Positions 35,519 to 43,923 of a stretch of DNA of 43,923 bases are shown one piece after another (within the stretch, counting starts at the first letter, position 1; each line of letters begins with the position of its first letter). The notes beneath the pieces were generated by a model. That model searched no databases and was not told the origin of the DNA. It was given only the letters and a program-made list of their open reading frames with translations. The DNA is taken from positions 1-43,923 of the forward strand of contig CAZMSI010000001.1 of the NCBI GenBank assembly GCA_964568895.1, read 5' to 3'. The translations under genes were made by a program, and so were the position numbers. The DNA is from an uncultured Sideroxydans sp. Lineage in GTDB: Bacteria; Pseudomonadota; Gammaproteobacteria; Burkholderiales; Gallionellaceae.

Positions 35519-36355
35519 TTACTCGTTGAACAGGTGCACCAGGCCGTCCAGGCCGACGAAGTTGAAGGCGTAGCCGGCCTGTGCGCGCACCACCGGCTTG
35601 GCGTGGTAGGCGATGCTTACACCTGCCTGCATCATCATCTTCAGGTCGTTCGCGCCGTCGCCTACGGCGATCACCTGCTCGGGCTTCAGCTCCAGTTCGT
35701 TGCGCACGTTCACCAGCCATTCCGCCTTGCCCTGGCCGTCCAGGATGTGGCCAACTACCTTGCCGGTGAGTTTGCCATCGACGATTTCCAGCGTGTTGGC
35801 GTGGGCGAAATCCAGGCCGAGGCGGGCCTTGAGCCGTTCGGTGAAGAACACGAAGCCGCCGGATACCAGCAGTGTCTTTACGCCGTGATGCTGTAGTGCC
35901 TCGATCATCATCTCCGCGCCGGGGTTGAGCTGCAGGCGCTCGTCGTACACGCGCTGCAGCGCACCTTCATCCAGTCCTTCCAGCAACGCCACGCGGCGGC
36001 GCAGGCTTTCGGCAAAATCGATCTCGCCGCGCATCGCCGATTCGGTGATCTCCGCGACCTGCGGTTTCAGCTGGTACATATCGGCGATCTCATCGATGCA
36101 TTCGATGGAGATCAGCGTCGAATCCATGTCCATCACCAGCAGGCCGAAATTGGAAAGTTTCTGTTGTGGCGCAACATAGCCGTAATCCAGGTGGTGTTCG
36201 TAGCAATAGCCGGCCACGCCATCGTGCGGCTTCGCATCGCGCAGGCGGTAGGCATGCGCCGCGACTTGTTCGATGCGCGCAGCAAGGGTCAGGCTGGCCA
36301 GGTGGTCGAGTTGGGCAGCGGGGATGTCGTGTACAGCCTGGATGATCAGATTCAT
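35519..36355 (-). CDS. serB: phosphoserine phosphatase SerB (HAD family)
   Basis: LLVMDMDSTLISIECIDE (DxDST motif), SGGF and AVGDGANDLKMM. ATG overlaps the mfd stop. Confidence 0.9.
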   Translation of the reverse strand: MNLIIQAVHDIPAAQLDHLASLTLAARIEQVAAHAYRLRDAKPHDGVAGYCYEHHLDYGYVAPQQKLSNFGLLVMDMDSTLISIECIDEIADMYQLKPQVAEITESAMRGEIDFAESLRRRVALLEGLDEGALQRVYDERLQLNPGAEMMIEALQHHGVKTLLVSGGFVFFTERLKARLGLDFAHANTLEIVDGKLTGKVVGHILDGQGKAEWLVNVRNELELKPEQVIAVGDGANDLKMMMQAGVSIAYHAKPVVRAQAGYAFNFVGLDGLVHLFNE

Positions 36356-39300
36356 GAGCTCAATTCGTTAAAGAAGTTCTTGATGGCCAGCACGCGCTGG
36401 CCGAGATCGCCGTATTTTAATTCAATTCGCAGTTTATCCTGTCCCGCCATTTTGATATGGCGCTTGCTCTGGATCAGGGTAATGATTTTCATCGGGTCGA
36501 TCGGCGGGTTCGGTACGAACTGGATCTGGATCGCTTCGCTCGATGCATCCACTTTCACGATGCCCAGCGGTTTGGCCAGGATGCGCAGGCGGTGGCTGTC
36601 GAGCAGGGTTTGCGCGGGCTGCGGCAGCAGGCCGAAGCGGTCGATCAACTCCTGGTGCATGTCGTCGAGCTCTTCCTGCGTATTGCAGTTGGCGAGGCGC
36701 TTGTACAGCACCAGCCGCTGGTGGATGTCGCCGCAGTAGTTGTCCGGCAGTAGCGCCGGCGTGTGCAGGTTGATCTCGGTAGTCACGCCCAGCGGGTGGG
36801 CTATATCCGGTTCCTTGCCCTGCTTGAGCGATTTGATCGCGGCACTCAGCATGTCGTTGTACAGCGAAAAGCCGATCTCCTGCATTTCGCCACTCTGCGA
36901 TTCGCCCAGCACTTCGCCCGCACCGCGGATTTCCAGGTCGTGCATTGCCAGGTAGAAACCGCTGCCCAGTTGTTCCATCGCCTGGATCGCTTCCAGCCGC
37001 TTCTTCGCTTGTGCGGTAAGGCCTTTCATACTATCCACCAGCAGGTAGGCATAGGCCTGGTGGTGCGAGCGCCCGACGCGGCCGCGCAACTGATGCAGTT
37101 GCGCCAGGCCGAAGCGGTCGGCGCGGTTCATGATGATGGTGTTGGCGGTGGGCACGTCGATGCCGGTCTCGATGATGGTGGAGCACAGCAGCACATTGAA
37201 GCGCTGACGGGTGAAGTCGCGCATCACCGTTTCCAGTTCGCGCTCGGCCATCTGGCCGTGCGCCACGCGGATGCGTGCCTCCGGCAGCAGTGTTTCCAGT
37301 TTCTCGCGCATGTTGGCGATGGTGTCCACCTGGTTGTGCAGGAAATAGACTTGGCCGCCACGTTTGAGTTCGCGCAGCACTGCTTCGCGGATCACGCCCT
37401 GACTGTAACTGCTGACAAAGGTCTTGATCGACAGTCTGCGTTGCGGAGCGGTAGCGATCACCGAGAAATCACGCAGACCTTCCAGCGACATTGCCAGCGT
37501 GCGCGGGATCGGTGTGGCGGTCAGCGTGAGTACGTCAACCTCGGCGCGCAGCGCCTTGAGCTTTTCTTTCTGTTGTACGCCGAAGCGGTGCTCTTCGTCG
37601 ACGATGACCAGGCCGAGGTTATGGAACTTGATGTCCTTCTGCAGCAGCTTATGGGTGCCGATCACGATGTCGAGTCTGCCGTCCGCCATGTCTTTCAGCG
37701 CCTGCGTGGTTTCCTTGGTTGAACGGAAACGCGACAGTTCGGCAAGTTTCACCGGAAAGTCGGCGAAGCGCGTGGAGAAGTTCTGGAAATGCTGCTCGAC
37801 CAGCAGCGTGGTCGGTGCCAGTACCGCGACCTGCTTGCCTTCCATTGCCGCAATGAAGGCGGCACGCAATGCAACTTCGGTCTTGCCGAAACCGACATCG
37901 CCGCAAATCAGCCGATCCATCGGCTTGCCGGCCTGCAGGTCAAGGATCACCGCCTCGATGGCGGCGGCCTGGTCCGGCGTTTCATCGAAGCCGAAACCCG
38001 CGGCAAATGCTTCGTAGTCGTGATGGTTGAGCTTGAACGCATGACCCTTGCGCACTGCGCGCTGGGCATACAGATTCAGCAACTCGGCCGCGGTATCGCG
38101 CACCTGCTGCATGGCGCGACGCTTGGCCTTGTCCCAGGCCCCGCTGCCCAGCTTGTGCAAGGGCGCGGCTTCCGGCGCACCGCCGCTGTAGCGGCTGATC
38201 ACGTGCAGTTGCGATACCGGCACGTAAAGCTTGTCCTTGTCGGCGTATTCCAGCAGCAGGAATTCGTTCTCGCCTTCGCCCAGGTCGAGGTTGACCAGGC
38301 CGTGGTAGCGCGCAATGCCGTGCTGCTCGTGTACCACAGGGTCGCCCGGTTTGAGTTCGGACAGGTCGCGCAACATGCCTTCCACGTTGCTCTTCTTCGC
38401 GGCACGCGAGATACGGCCTCTGGCCTGCTGGGCGTACAATTCGCTTTCGGTGACGACGGCGAGCTTGTCGTCGGTCAGTGCGAAGCCGTTCTGTACCAGT
38501 GCCACGCACAGCATGAACGGCTTTCTGCTTTGCAGGAAATCCGCGTAGCTTTCGCATGGCGCGGGCTTCAGGCCGTATTCGTTGAGATAGTCGGAGATGA
38601 TTTCGCGCCGGCCCAGACTGTCGGCAAGCAGCAGCACACGGCCGGGATAGCCTTGCAGGAAATTTGCAAATGCCTGGGTGGGAATCTCGGCGCGGCGATT
38701 GACTGCAATGTCCGGCAGTTGTTCGGTGGCGCAGGCAGTCAGTGCGCTGCCCTCGGTCTCATTTGTGACGATGTCGATGCGCGCAAAATTCCTGGCCTTT
38801 ACGAAGAATTGCTCGGCGTCGAGAAATAATTCCCCGGGCTCCAGCAGCGGCCGCTGTGGATCGCCGCGCAGCAGCTTGTAGCGCGAAGCTGCATCTTTGG
38901 CGAAACCGGCGATGGCCTCGTCGATTTCATGGTGCAGGCAAAGCGTGGTGTTCGCCGGCAGATAGTCGAACAGCGTGGCGGTCTGCTCGAAGAATAACGG
39001 CAGGTAATACTCGATTCCGGACGGAGCGTTGCCCTTGCTCACATCCTTGTAAATGCCGGCTTTGGACGGATCGCCCTCGAAGCGTTCGCGGAAACGCTGG
39101 CGGAACGTGCTCTGGCCCTGGTCGTCGAGCGGGAATTCGCGCGCCGGCAGCATGCGGATTTCCGGCACCGGGTACAGCGTACGCTGGGTGTCCACGTCGA
39201 AGGTGGCGATGGTCTCGATTTCGTCGTCGAACAGGTCGATGCGGTAGGGCACCGGACTGCCCATCGGGAACAGGTCGATCAGCCCGCCGCGCACGCAGTA

Positions 39301-39780
39301 TTCGCCCGGGGTGAGCACCTGTTGCACGTGGCGGTAGCCGGCCAGCGTCATCTGTGCGCGAAACGCGTCGAGATCAAGCTGTTCACCCTTTTTCAGGAAG
39401 AAGGTGTAGGCCGCCATATAGCCCACCGGCGGCAGCGGGTAAAGTGCGGTGGTGACCGGTACCACCACGATGTCAAACGCCTGCGTGCGGATGTGGTGCA
39501 GTGTGGCGAGGCGTTCGGAGACCAGATCCTGGTGCGGCGAGAAGTGGTCATAGGGCAGCGTTTCCCAGTCCGGCAGCAGATGTACGCCCAGTTCGGGCGC
39601 AAAGAACGGGATTTCCTCGACCAGCCGCTGAGCCTCCAGCGCGCTGGAGGCGATCACCACCAGCGGAGCGTTCTTTTTGGCGTATTGCGCCAGCGCCAGC
39701 GCATCTGAGGAGCCGGACAAACGGGTATAGCGCGGGTGGGAATGGCGAGACTTGAAAAGCATGAAGGTTAATCGGTGCAA
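36352..39780 (-). CDS. mfd: transcription-repair coupling factor Mfd
   Basis: 1142 aa. UvrB-homology N-terminus, RNAP-interaction domain (PGDPVVHEQHGIARY), helicase motifs (CGDVGFGKTEVA, DEEHRFGV) and the TRG region. Confidence 0.97.
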   Translation of the reverse strand: MHRLTFMLFKSRHSHPRYTRLSGSSDALALAQYAKKNAPLVVIASSALEAQRLVEEIPFFAPELGVHLLPDWETLPYDHFSPHQDLVSERLATLHHIRTQAFDIVVVPVTTALYPLPPVGYMAAYTFFLKKGEQLDLDAFRAQMTLAGYRHVQQVLTPGEYCVRGGLIDLFPMGSPVPYRIDLFDDEIETIATFDVDTQRTLYPVPEIRMLPAREFPLDDQGQSTFRQRFRERFEGDPSKAGIYKDVSKGNAPSGIEYYLPLFFEQTATLFDYLPANTTLCLHHEIDEAIAGFAKDAASRYKLLRGDPQRPLLEPGELFLDAEQFFVKARNFARIDIVTNETEGSALTACATEQLPDIAVNRRAEIPTQAFANFLQGYPGRVLLLADSLGRREIISDYLNEYGLKPAPCESYADFLQSRKPFMLCVALVQNGFALTDDKLAVVTESELYAQQARGRISRAAKKSNVEGMLRDLSELKPGDPVVHEQHGIARYHGLVNLDLGEGENEFLLLEYADKDKLYVPVSQLHVISRYSGGAPEAAPLHKLGSGAWDKAKRRAMQQVRDTAAELLNLYAQRAVRKGHAFKLNHHDYEAFAAGFGFDETPDQAAAIEAVILDLQAGKPMDRLICGDVGFGKTEVALRAAFIAAMEGKQVAVLAPTTLLVEQHFQNFSTRFADFPVKLAELSRFRSTKETTQALKDMADGRLDIVIGTHKLLQKDIKFHNLGLVIVDEEHRFGVQQKEKLKALRAEVDVLTLTATPIPRTLAMSLEGLRDFSVIATAPQRRLSIKTFVSSYSQGVIREAVLRELKRGGQVYFLHNQVDTIANMREKLETLLPEARIRVAHGQMAERELETVMRDFTRQRFNVLLCSTIIETGIDVPTANTIIMNRADRFGLAQLHQLRGRVGRSHHQAYAYLLVDSMKGLTAQAKKRLEAIQAMEQLGSGFYLAMHDLEIRGAGEVLGESQSGEMQEIGFSLYNDMLSAAIKSLKQGKEPDIAHPLGVTTEINLHTPALLPDNYCGDIHQRLVLYKRLANCNTQEELDDMHQELIDRFGLLPQPAQTLLDSHRLRILAKPLGIVKVDASSEAIQIQFVPNPPIDPMKIITLIQSKRHIKMAGQDKLRIELKYGDLGQRVLAIKNFFNELSS

Positions 39781-39828
39781 AGGCGCGCATTATAAGGCAA
39801 GCATGGTGTTTTCATTTACAATTCGGCC

Positions 39829-40518
39829 ATGTCCGAATTTTACGCACTGGTTCCCGCCGCCGGTTCCGGCTCACGTATGGGCGGTGGGCTGCCCAAACAG
39901 TATCTGCCGCTGGCCGGGTCGCCGATGATCTATCACGCGCTGGCCCGCTTGTGCGGTTGCGCCGAGATCGGCACCGTATTTGTGGTGCTGGCGCCGGACG
40001 ATGCCTTTTTTGCGCTGTACGACTGGTCGGAATTCGGCGACAAGCTGCAGCCCCTGTATTGCGGCGGCGCGACGCGCGCGGAAAGCGTGCTCAATGGCCT
40101 GATGGCGGCGGAACTGGAGCCGGACGATTGGGTGCTGGTGCACGATGCGGCACGGCCCTGCCTGAGCGAGGTACAACTGGCAAAGATGATCACTGAACTG
40201 CGCGACGACGAGGTAGGCGGTATTCTCGCAGTGCCTCTGGCGGATACCTTGAAGCGCGCCGATGGTGCGGGGCGGATCACCGTGACCGAGCCACGCGACC
40301 GTCTGTGGCAGGCGCAGACACCGCAAATGTTCCGTACCGGGCTGTTGCTGCAGGCGCTGCAGGCCGCACCCGAAGTGACCGACGAGGCTTCGGCGGTCGA
40401 AGCGCTGGGGTTGCATCCCAAGCTGGTGGAAGGCGGATCGAGCAACTTCAAGGTGACTTATTCGCAGGATATGCAGCTTGCCGAGTTGCTGCTGCACGCA
40501 AGGCAGGAGAATTCATGA
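39829..40518 (+). CDS. ispD: 2-C-methyl-D-erythritol 4-phosphate cytidylyltransferase
   Basis: [13 protein letters not shown]...PKQYL and VLVHDAARP. Confidence 0.93.
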   Translation: MSEFYALVPAAGSGSRMGGGLPKQYLPLAGSPMIYHALARLCGCAEIGTVFVVLAPDDAFFALYDWSEFGDKLQPLYCGGATRAESVLNGLMAAELEPDDWVLVHDAARPCLSEVQLAKMITELRDDEVGGILAVPLADTLKRADGAGRITVTEPRDRLWQAQTPQMFRTGLLLQALQAAPEVTDEASAVEALGLHPKLVEGGSSNFKVTYSQDMQLAELLLHARQENS

Positions 40519-40988
40519 GAGTCGGGCAGGGGTTCGATGTTCACCAGCTGGTTGCAGGTCGCAAGCTGGTCATCGGCGGCGTGGAGATACCGTATGAGAA
40601 GGGGCTGCTCGGCCATTCCGATGCCGATGTGCTGCTGCATGCGATCTGCGATGCATTGCTGGGTGCAGCGGCGCTGGGCGACATCGGCCGCCACTTCTCC
40701 GACAGCGATGAAAAGTACAGAAATATCGACAGCCGCGAACTGTTGCGCGAAGTCGCGCGCCTGGTGGCGAATGAAGGCTTTCGCATCGGCAATGTGGATG
40801 CCACCATCATCGCGCAGGCACCGAAGATGGCGCCGCACATCGACCGGATGGTACAGAACATCGCTTCCGACCTCGGCATTGCGATGAGCGCGGTGAACGT
40901 GAAGGCGACCACCACCGAAAAATTGGGTTATATCGGGCGCGGCGAGGGTATCGCAGCGCAGGCAGTGACACTGTTACTGGTTTCCTGA
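40515..40988 (+). CDS. ispF: 2-C-methyl-D-erythritol 2,4-cyclodiphosphate synthase
   Basis: [31 protein letters not shown] and [12 protein letters not shown] overlaps the ispD TGA. Confidence 0.95.
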   Translation: MRVGQGFDVHQLVAGRKLVIGGVEIPYEKGLLGHSDADVLLHAICDALLGAAALGDIGRHFSDSDEKYRNIDSRELLREVARLVANEGFRIGNVDATIIAQAPKMAPHIDRMVQNIASDLGIAMSAVNVKATTTEKLGYIGRGEGIAAQAVTLLLVS

Positions 40989-41665
40989 TGCGGGTATTGG
41001 CATTAGAGACATCTACCGAATACTGTTCCGTCGCGCTGTGGCAGGACGGTGAACTGCGCGAGCGCTGCGAACTGGTGGGGCAGAAGCATTCCGAAGTGCT
41101 GATGCCGATGCTGGATGAGTTGTTGCGTGAAGCGGACGCAGGGCTGGCCGATCTGGACGGCATTGCATTCGGCGCCGGGCCAGGATCGTTCACCGGTGTG
41201 CGCATCGCCTGCGGGGTGGCGCAGGGGCTGGCGCTGGGTGCGGAGTTGCCGGTGGCCGGTATCTGCACATTGCAGGCATTGGCGCAGGCTGCCGGGCATG
41301 ACAAGGTGATTGCTGCGCTGGATGCGCGCATGGCCGAGGTGTATTACGCGGCTTACGAAAAACGGAACGGTGAATGGTGGACAGTATACGAGCCAGGTCT
41401 GTATCTGCCGCAGGATACGCCGCAAGTGACGGGTAGTGACTGGTTCGGTGCCGGCAGCGGTTTTCTCGCACATGGCGATTTGCTGCGTGCACGCTATGTG
41501 GCCAGCCTTGCCGGGGCGGACGAGCATGCAGTGCCGCAGGCCGGCGCCGTCGCACAGCTCGCAGCCTCCATGTTTGCCGCCGGCAGGGGCGTGGATGCGG
41601 CCGATGCGTTGCCGTTATACCTGCGCGACAAGGTGGCATTGAAGACCAGCGAGCGCGCACAGTGA
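40988..41665 (+). CDS. tsaB: tRNA t6A biosynthesis protein TsaB (YeaZ)
   Basis: [17 protein letters not shown] and GAGPGSFTGVRIACGVAQGLA. Confidence 0.92.
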   Translation: MRVLALETSTEYCSVALWQDGELRERCELVGQKHSEVLMPMLDELLREADAGLADLDGIAFGAGPGSFTGVRIACGVAQGLALGAELPVAGICTLQALAQAAGHDKVIAALDARMAEVYYAAYEKRNGEWWTVYEPGLYLPQDTPQVTGSDWFGAGSGFLAHGDLLRARYVASLAGADEHAVPQAGAVAQLAASMFAAGRGVDAADALPLYLRDKVALKTSERAQ

Positions 41666-42108
41666 GCGAACTGGAGTTGCGTTCGATGGTGGCGGAGGAT
41701 ATCGAAACTGTGGCCGCGATCGAGCGCGTAATTCACCGCTTCCCATGGACGCCGGGCAATTTCAGCGATGCACTGAACAGCGGCTATGTGTGCAAGGTGG
41801 CGGAACTGGACGGCAATATGGTCGGCTACGCGGTAATGATGCCGGTGCTGGATGAGGTGGAGTTGCTGGACATCAGTATTGCCGCAGAATACCAAGTCAG
41901 GGGGCTGGGCAGCGATTTGCTGCAGCAGATGATGGGACTGGCGCGCGGCATCAATATGCAGCGCATGTTCCTGGAGGTGCGACCTTCCAATGTTGCGGCA
42001 CTGGCGTTGTACAGCAAGCATGGCTTTCGCGAGATTGGCCTGCGGCGTGATTATTATTCCGCGGGGGATAAACGCGAAGATGCCATCGTGATGGAACGGA
42101 TATTATGA
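41662..42108 (+). CDS. rimI: ribosomal-protein-alanine N-acetyltransferase RimI (GNAT)
   Basis: GNAT motif A (YQVRGLGSDLL) in the conserved tsaB-rimI order. GTG start overlaps the tsaB stop. Confidence 0.85.
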   Translation: MSELELRSMVAEDIETVAAIERVIHRFPWTPGNFSDALNSGYVCKVAELDGNMVGYAVMMPVLDEVELLDISIAAEYQVRGLGSDLLQQMMGLARGINMQRMFLEVRPSNVAALALYSKHGFREIGLRRDYYSAGDKREDAIVMERIL

Positions 42109-42824
42109 ACAGAGATGAGGCCATACTGCGTGAGCTGAACCTGTATCCGCTGTGGAAAACGCGCGAACAGGTTGCTGCCGCTCCCCCCATTCCGGAAGCG
42201 GCTCCGGCAGGGCCGACTGTAGCGGAAGCAGAAGTGCCGGTGGTGGAAAAGAGCCGCGAGCAGATCCTCGGCGATCTCGGCTGGCCGGAACTGAAATCCA
42301 TGGTGCGCGACTGCACCGCCTGCAAGTTGCGTGCGGGATGTACGCAGACCGTATTCGGTGTCGGCGACGAGCAGGCGGACTGGTTGTTCGTGGGCGAAGG
42401 CCCGGGAGCGGACGAGGATGCACGTGGTGAACCGTTCGTGGGACAGGCGGGCAAGCTGCTCGACAACATGCTGCTGGCGATAAAACTGAAACGCGGCAAC
42501 AGAGTGTACATTGCCAATATTGTAAAATGCCGTCCGCCCGGCAACCGTACACCGGAGGCGGACGAGATTGCGGCCTGTATGCCCTATCTGCAGCGGCAGG
42601 TTGCGCTGATCCGCCCCAAAATTATCGTCGCGCTGGGCAAGACCGCTGCCACTGCACTGTTGGGACGCGAAGCGACGCTTGCCAGCCTGCGCGGCAAGCT
42701 GCACGATTTTGCAGGTATCCCGCTGATTATCACTTACCACCCGGCCTATCTGCTGCGTACGCCGCTGGACAAGGCCAAGGCATGGCAGGATTTGTGTCTG
42801 GCAGTGCAGACGATAAATGGTTAA
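42105..42824 (+). CDS. family 4 uracil-DNA glycosylase (Fe-S type)
   Basis: C..C..R, FVGEGPGADEDARGEPFVGQAGKLLDNML and HPAYLLR motifs. Start overlaps the rimI stop. Confidence 0.88.
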   Translation: MNRDEAILRELNLYPLWKTREQVAAAPPIPEAAPAGPTVAEAEVPVVEKSREQILGDLGWPELKSMVRDCTACKLRAGCTQTVFGVGDEQADWLFVGEGPGADEDARGEPFVGQAGKLLDNMLLAIKLKRGNRVYIANIVKCRPPGNRTPEADEIAACMPYLQRQVALIRPKIIVALGKTAATALLGREATLASLRGKLHDFAGIPLIITYHPAYLLRTPLDKAKAWQDLCLAVQTING

Positions 42825-42863
42825 GCTGGCGGCTGGAGGAGAAATTTCACGAAGGACGATAAG

Positions 42864-43838
42864 ATGGCAGACAACGATAGTGGATTGAAAATGCTGTTGG
42901 TGGAAGACAGCAAGATGACCCTGAAGATGCTAAGCGATTACCTGGCGAACATGGGTCTCCGCAATCTATTGACTGCGGAAACCGGCAAGGATGCGCTGGA
43001 GATATTCGGCAAGGAGCGTCCGGACATTGTTTTGCTGGATGTATTGTTGCCGGATATCGATGGTTTCGAGGTGGCCAAACAGATTCGCGCGCTGGAACGC
43101 GGAGAGAACTGGTCGGCAATCATTTTCCTGAGTAGCATGTCCGAGGATGAGGATGTGGCGCGCGGTATCGAGGCCGGTGGTGACGACTACCTGATGAAGC
43201 CGGTCAGCGAGGTGGTGCTGAAGGCGAAAATACGCGCCATGCGCCGGCTGGTCGAAATGCAGCGTGCGCTGGTAGACGTCAGCCGTCAGTTGAATGTCGC
43301 CAACAAGGAACTGCAGCGCCTGTCTATTACCGACGGCCTGACCGGAATTGCCAATCGCCGTATGTTCGACGAAATGCTGTCGCGCGAATGGCGCCGCTGT
43401 GCGCGTATGCAGAAACCGTTGTCGCTGATCATGGTGGATATCGATTATTTCAAGCAGTACAACGACAACTACGGTCACCAGATGGGCGATGCATGCCTGA
43501 AGCAGGTGGCCGAACAGGTGTCGCGTTCGGCTTCGCGTCCCGGCGATCTGGCGACGCGTTATGGCGGGGAGGAATTTGCCCTGATACTGGGTGAGACAGA
43601 TTCAAATGGCGCGAAGTGGGTGGCCAATCATATTCGCCAGCATGTCGCCGATCTCAAACTGGAGCATCCCGCTTCGCCGTCACACTTCCTGTCGGTAAGC
43701 TGCGGCGTATCGACCGTCGTGCCGGGCGACAAGTTGTCGCTGGAGACGTTGCTGAAGACCGCCGACCATGCGCTGTACATGGCAAAAACACAGGGGCGTG
43801 ACCAGATAATGGCGGCCGATTTCGGGCAGACCGGCTGA
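42864..43838 (+). CDS. response regulator receiver + GGDEF diguanylate cyclase
   Basis: REC domain (LLVEDS, VLLDVLLPDIDG, K in YLMKP), a coiled linker, and a GGDEF domain with active site GGEEF. An RPGD (RxxD I-site) lies 5 residues upstream of GGEEF. Confidence 0.9.
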   Translation: MADNDSGLKMLLVEDSKMTLKMLSDYLANMGLRNLLTAETGKDALEIFGKERPDIVLLDVLLPDIDGFEVAKQIRALERGENWSAIIFLSSMSEDEDVARGIEAGGDDYLMKPVSEVVLKAKIRAMRRLVEMQRALVDVSRQLNVANKELQRLSITDGLTGIANRRMFDEMLSREWRRCARMQKPLSLIMVDIDYFKQYNDNYGHQMGDACLKQVAEQVSRSASRPGDLATRYGGEEFALILGETDSNGAKWVANHIRQHVADLKLEHPASPSHFLSVSCGVSTVVPGDKLSLETLLKTADHALYMAKTQGRDQIMAADFGQTG

Positions 43839-43839
43839 T

Positions 43840-43923
43840 TTATATCTGACCGAGATCCTGGTCGTGGCCGTGCCGTCGATACAGCGCACCCATGGCGCCT
43901 GCCGTCAGCAGGCCGAACACCAG
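43840..43923 (-). CDS. C-terminal fragment of an unidentified (probably membrane) protein; gene runs off the right edge
   Basis: The reverse frame is open from the window edge to TAA at 43840-43842 (...LVFGLLTAGAMGALYRRHGHDQDLGQI). Too short to classify. Confidence 0.3.
   Translation of the reverse strand: MVFGLLTAGAMGALYRRHGHDQDLGQI

Overview
This is a chromosomal segment from a GC-rich Gram-negative bacterium; the gene order looks betaproteobacterial. About 58 protein genes and one tRNA are packed tightly. Product calls come from reading the supplied translations for motifs and synteny, and no database search was run.

The housekeeping blocks are:
- mlaA, a NUDIX hydrolase and bamD, divergent from rluD-pgeF-cysM
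- tsaE-amiC, divergent from queG
- mutS
- suhB, divergent from trmJ-cysE
- a full ISC operon, iscR-iscS-iscU-iscA-hscB-hscA-(extra gene)-fdx-iscX, with dsbB start-stop coupled to its end
- fbaB
- mfd-serB
- ispD-ispF-tsaB-rimI-udg
- a REC-GGDEF regulator

The least ordinary region lies downstream of tRNA-Lys(CUU), at about 10.6-14.7 kb. It starts with an AT-rich stretch carrying two small orphan genes. Next come an Rrf2/NsrR-type regulator divergent from a group-I truncated haemoglobin, a CBS-pair plus HPP-family membrane protein operon, and a divergent 2Fe-2S/FAD/NAD(P)H reductase. Three 11-1-11 NsrR-type palindromes sit in the two divergent promoter regions. A fourth sits 18 kb away in front of a second HPP paralog. 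Together these suggest a nitrosative-stress regulon with a split (globin plus separate reductase) NO-dioxygenase candidate.

Other points worth a second look:
- a beta-barrel outer-membrane protein with a CAACGC motif at its mature N-terminus, in tandem with a periplasmic TlpA-like thioredoxin
- a DUF3050-like (haem-oxygenase-fold) gene between hscA and fdx
- a 29-bp direct duplication, in two copies offset by 35 bp, spanning the cysE stop and the iscR promoter
- two frame-disrupted genes, a gpsA-like dehydrogenase and the 5' end of a ClC channel
- a 476-bp gene-free interval at the left end

I saw no CRISPR array, integrase, transposase or recognisable defence system.
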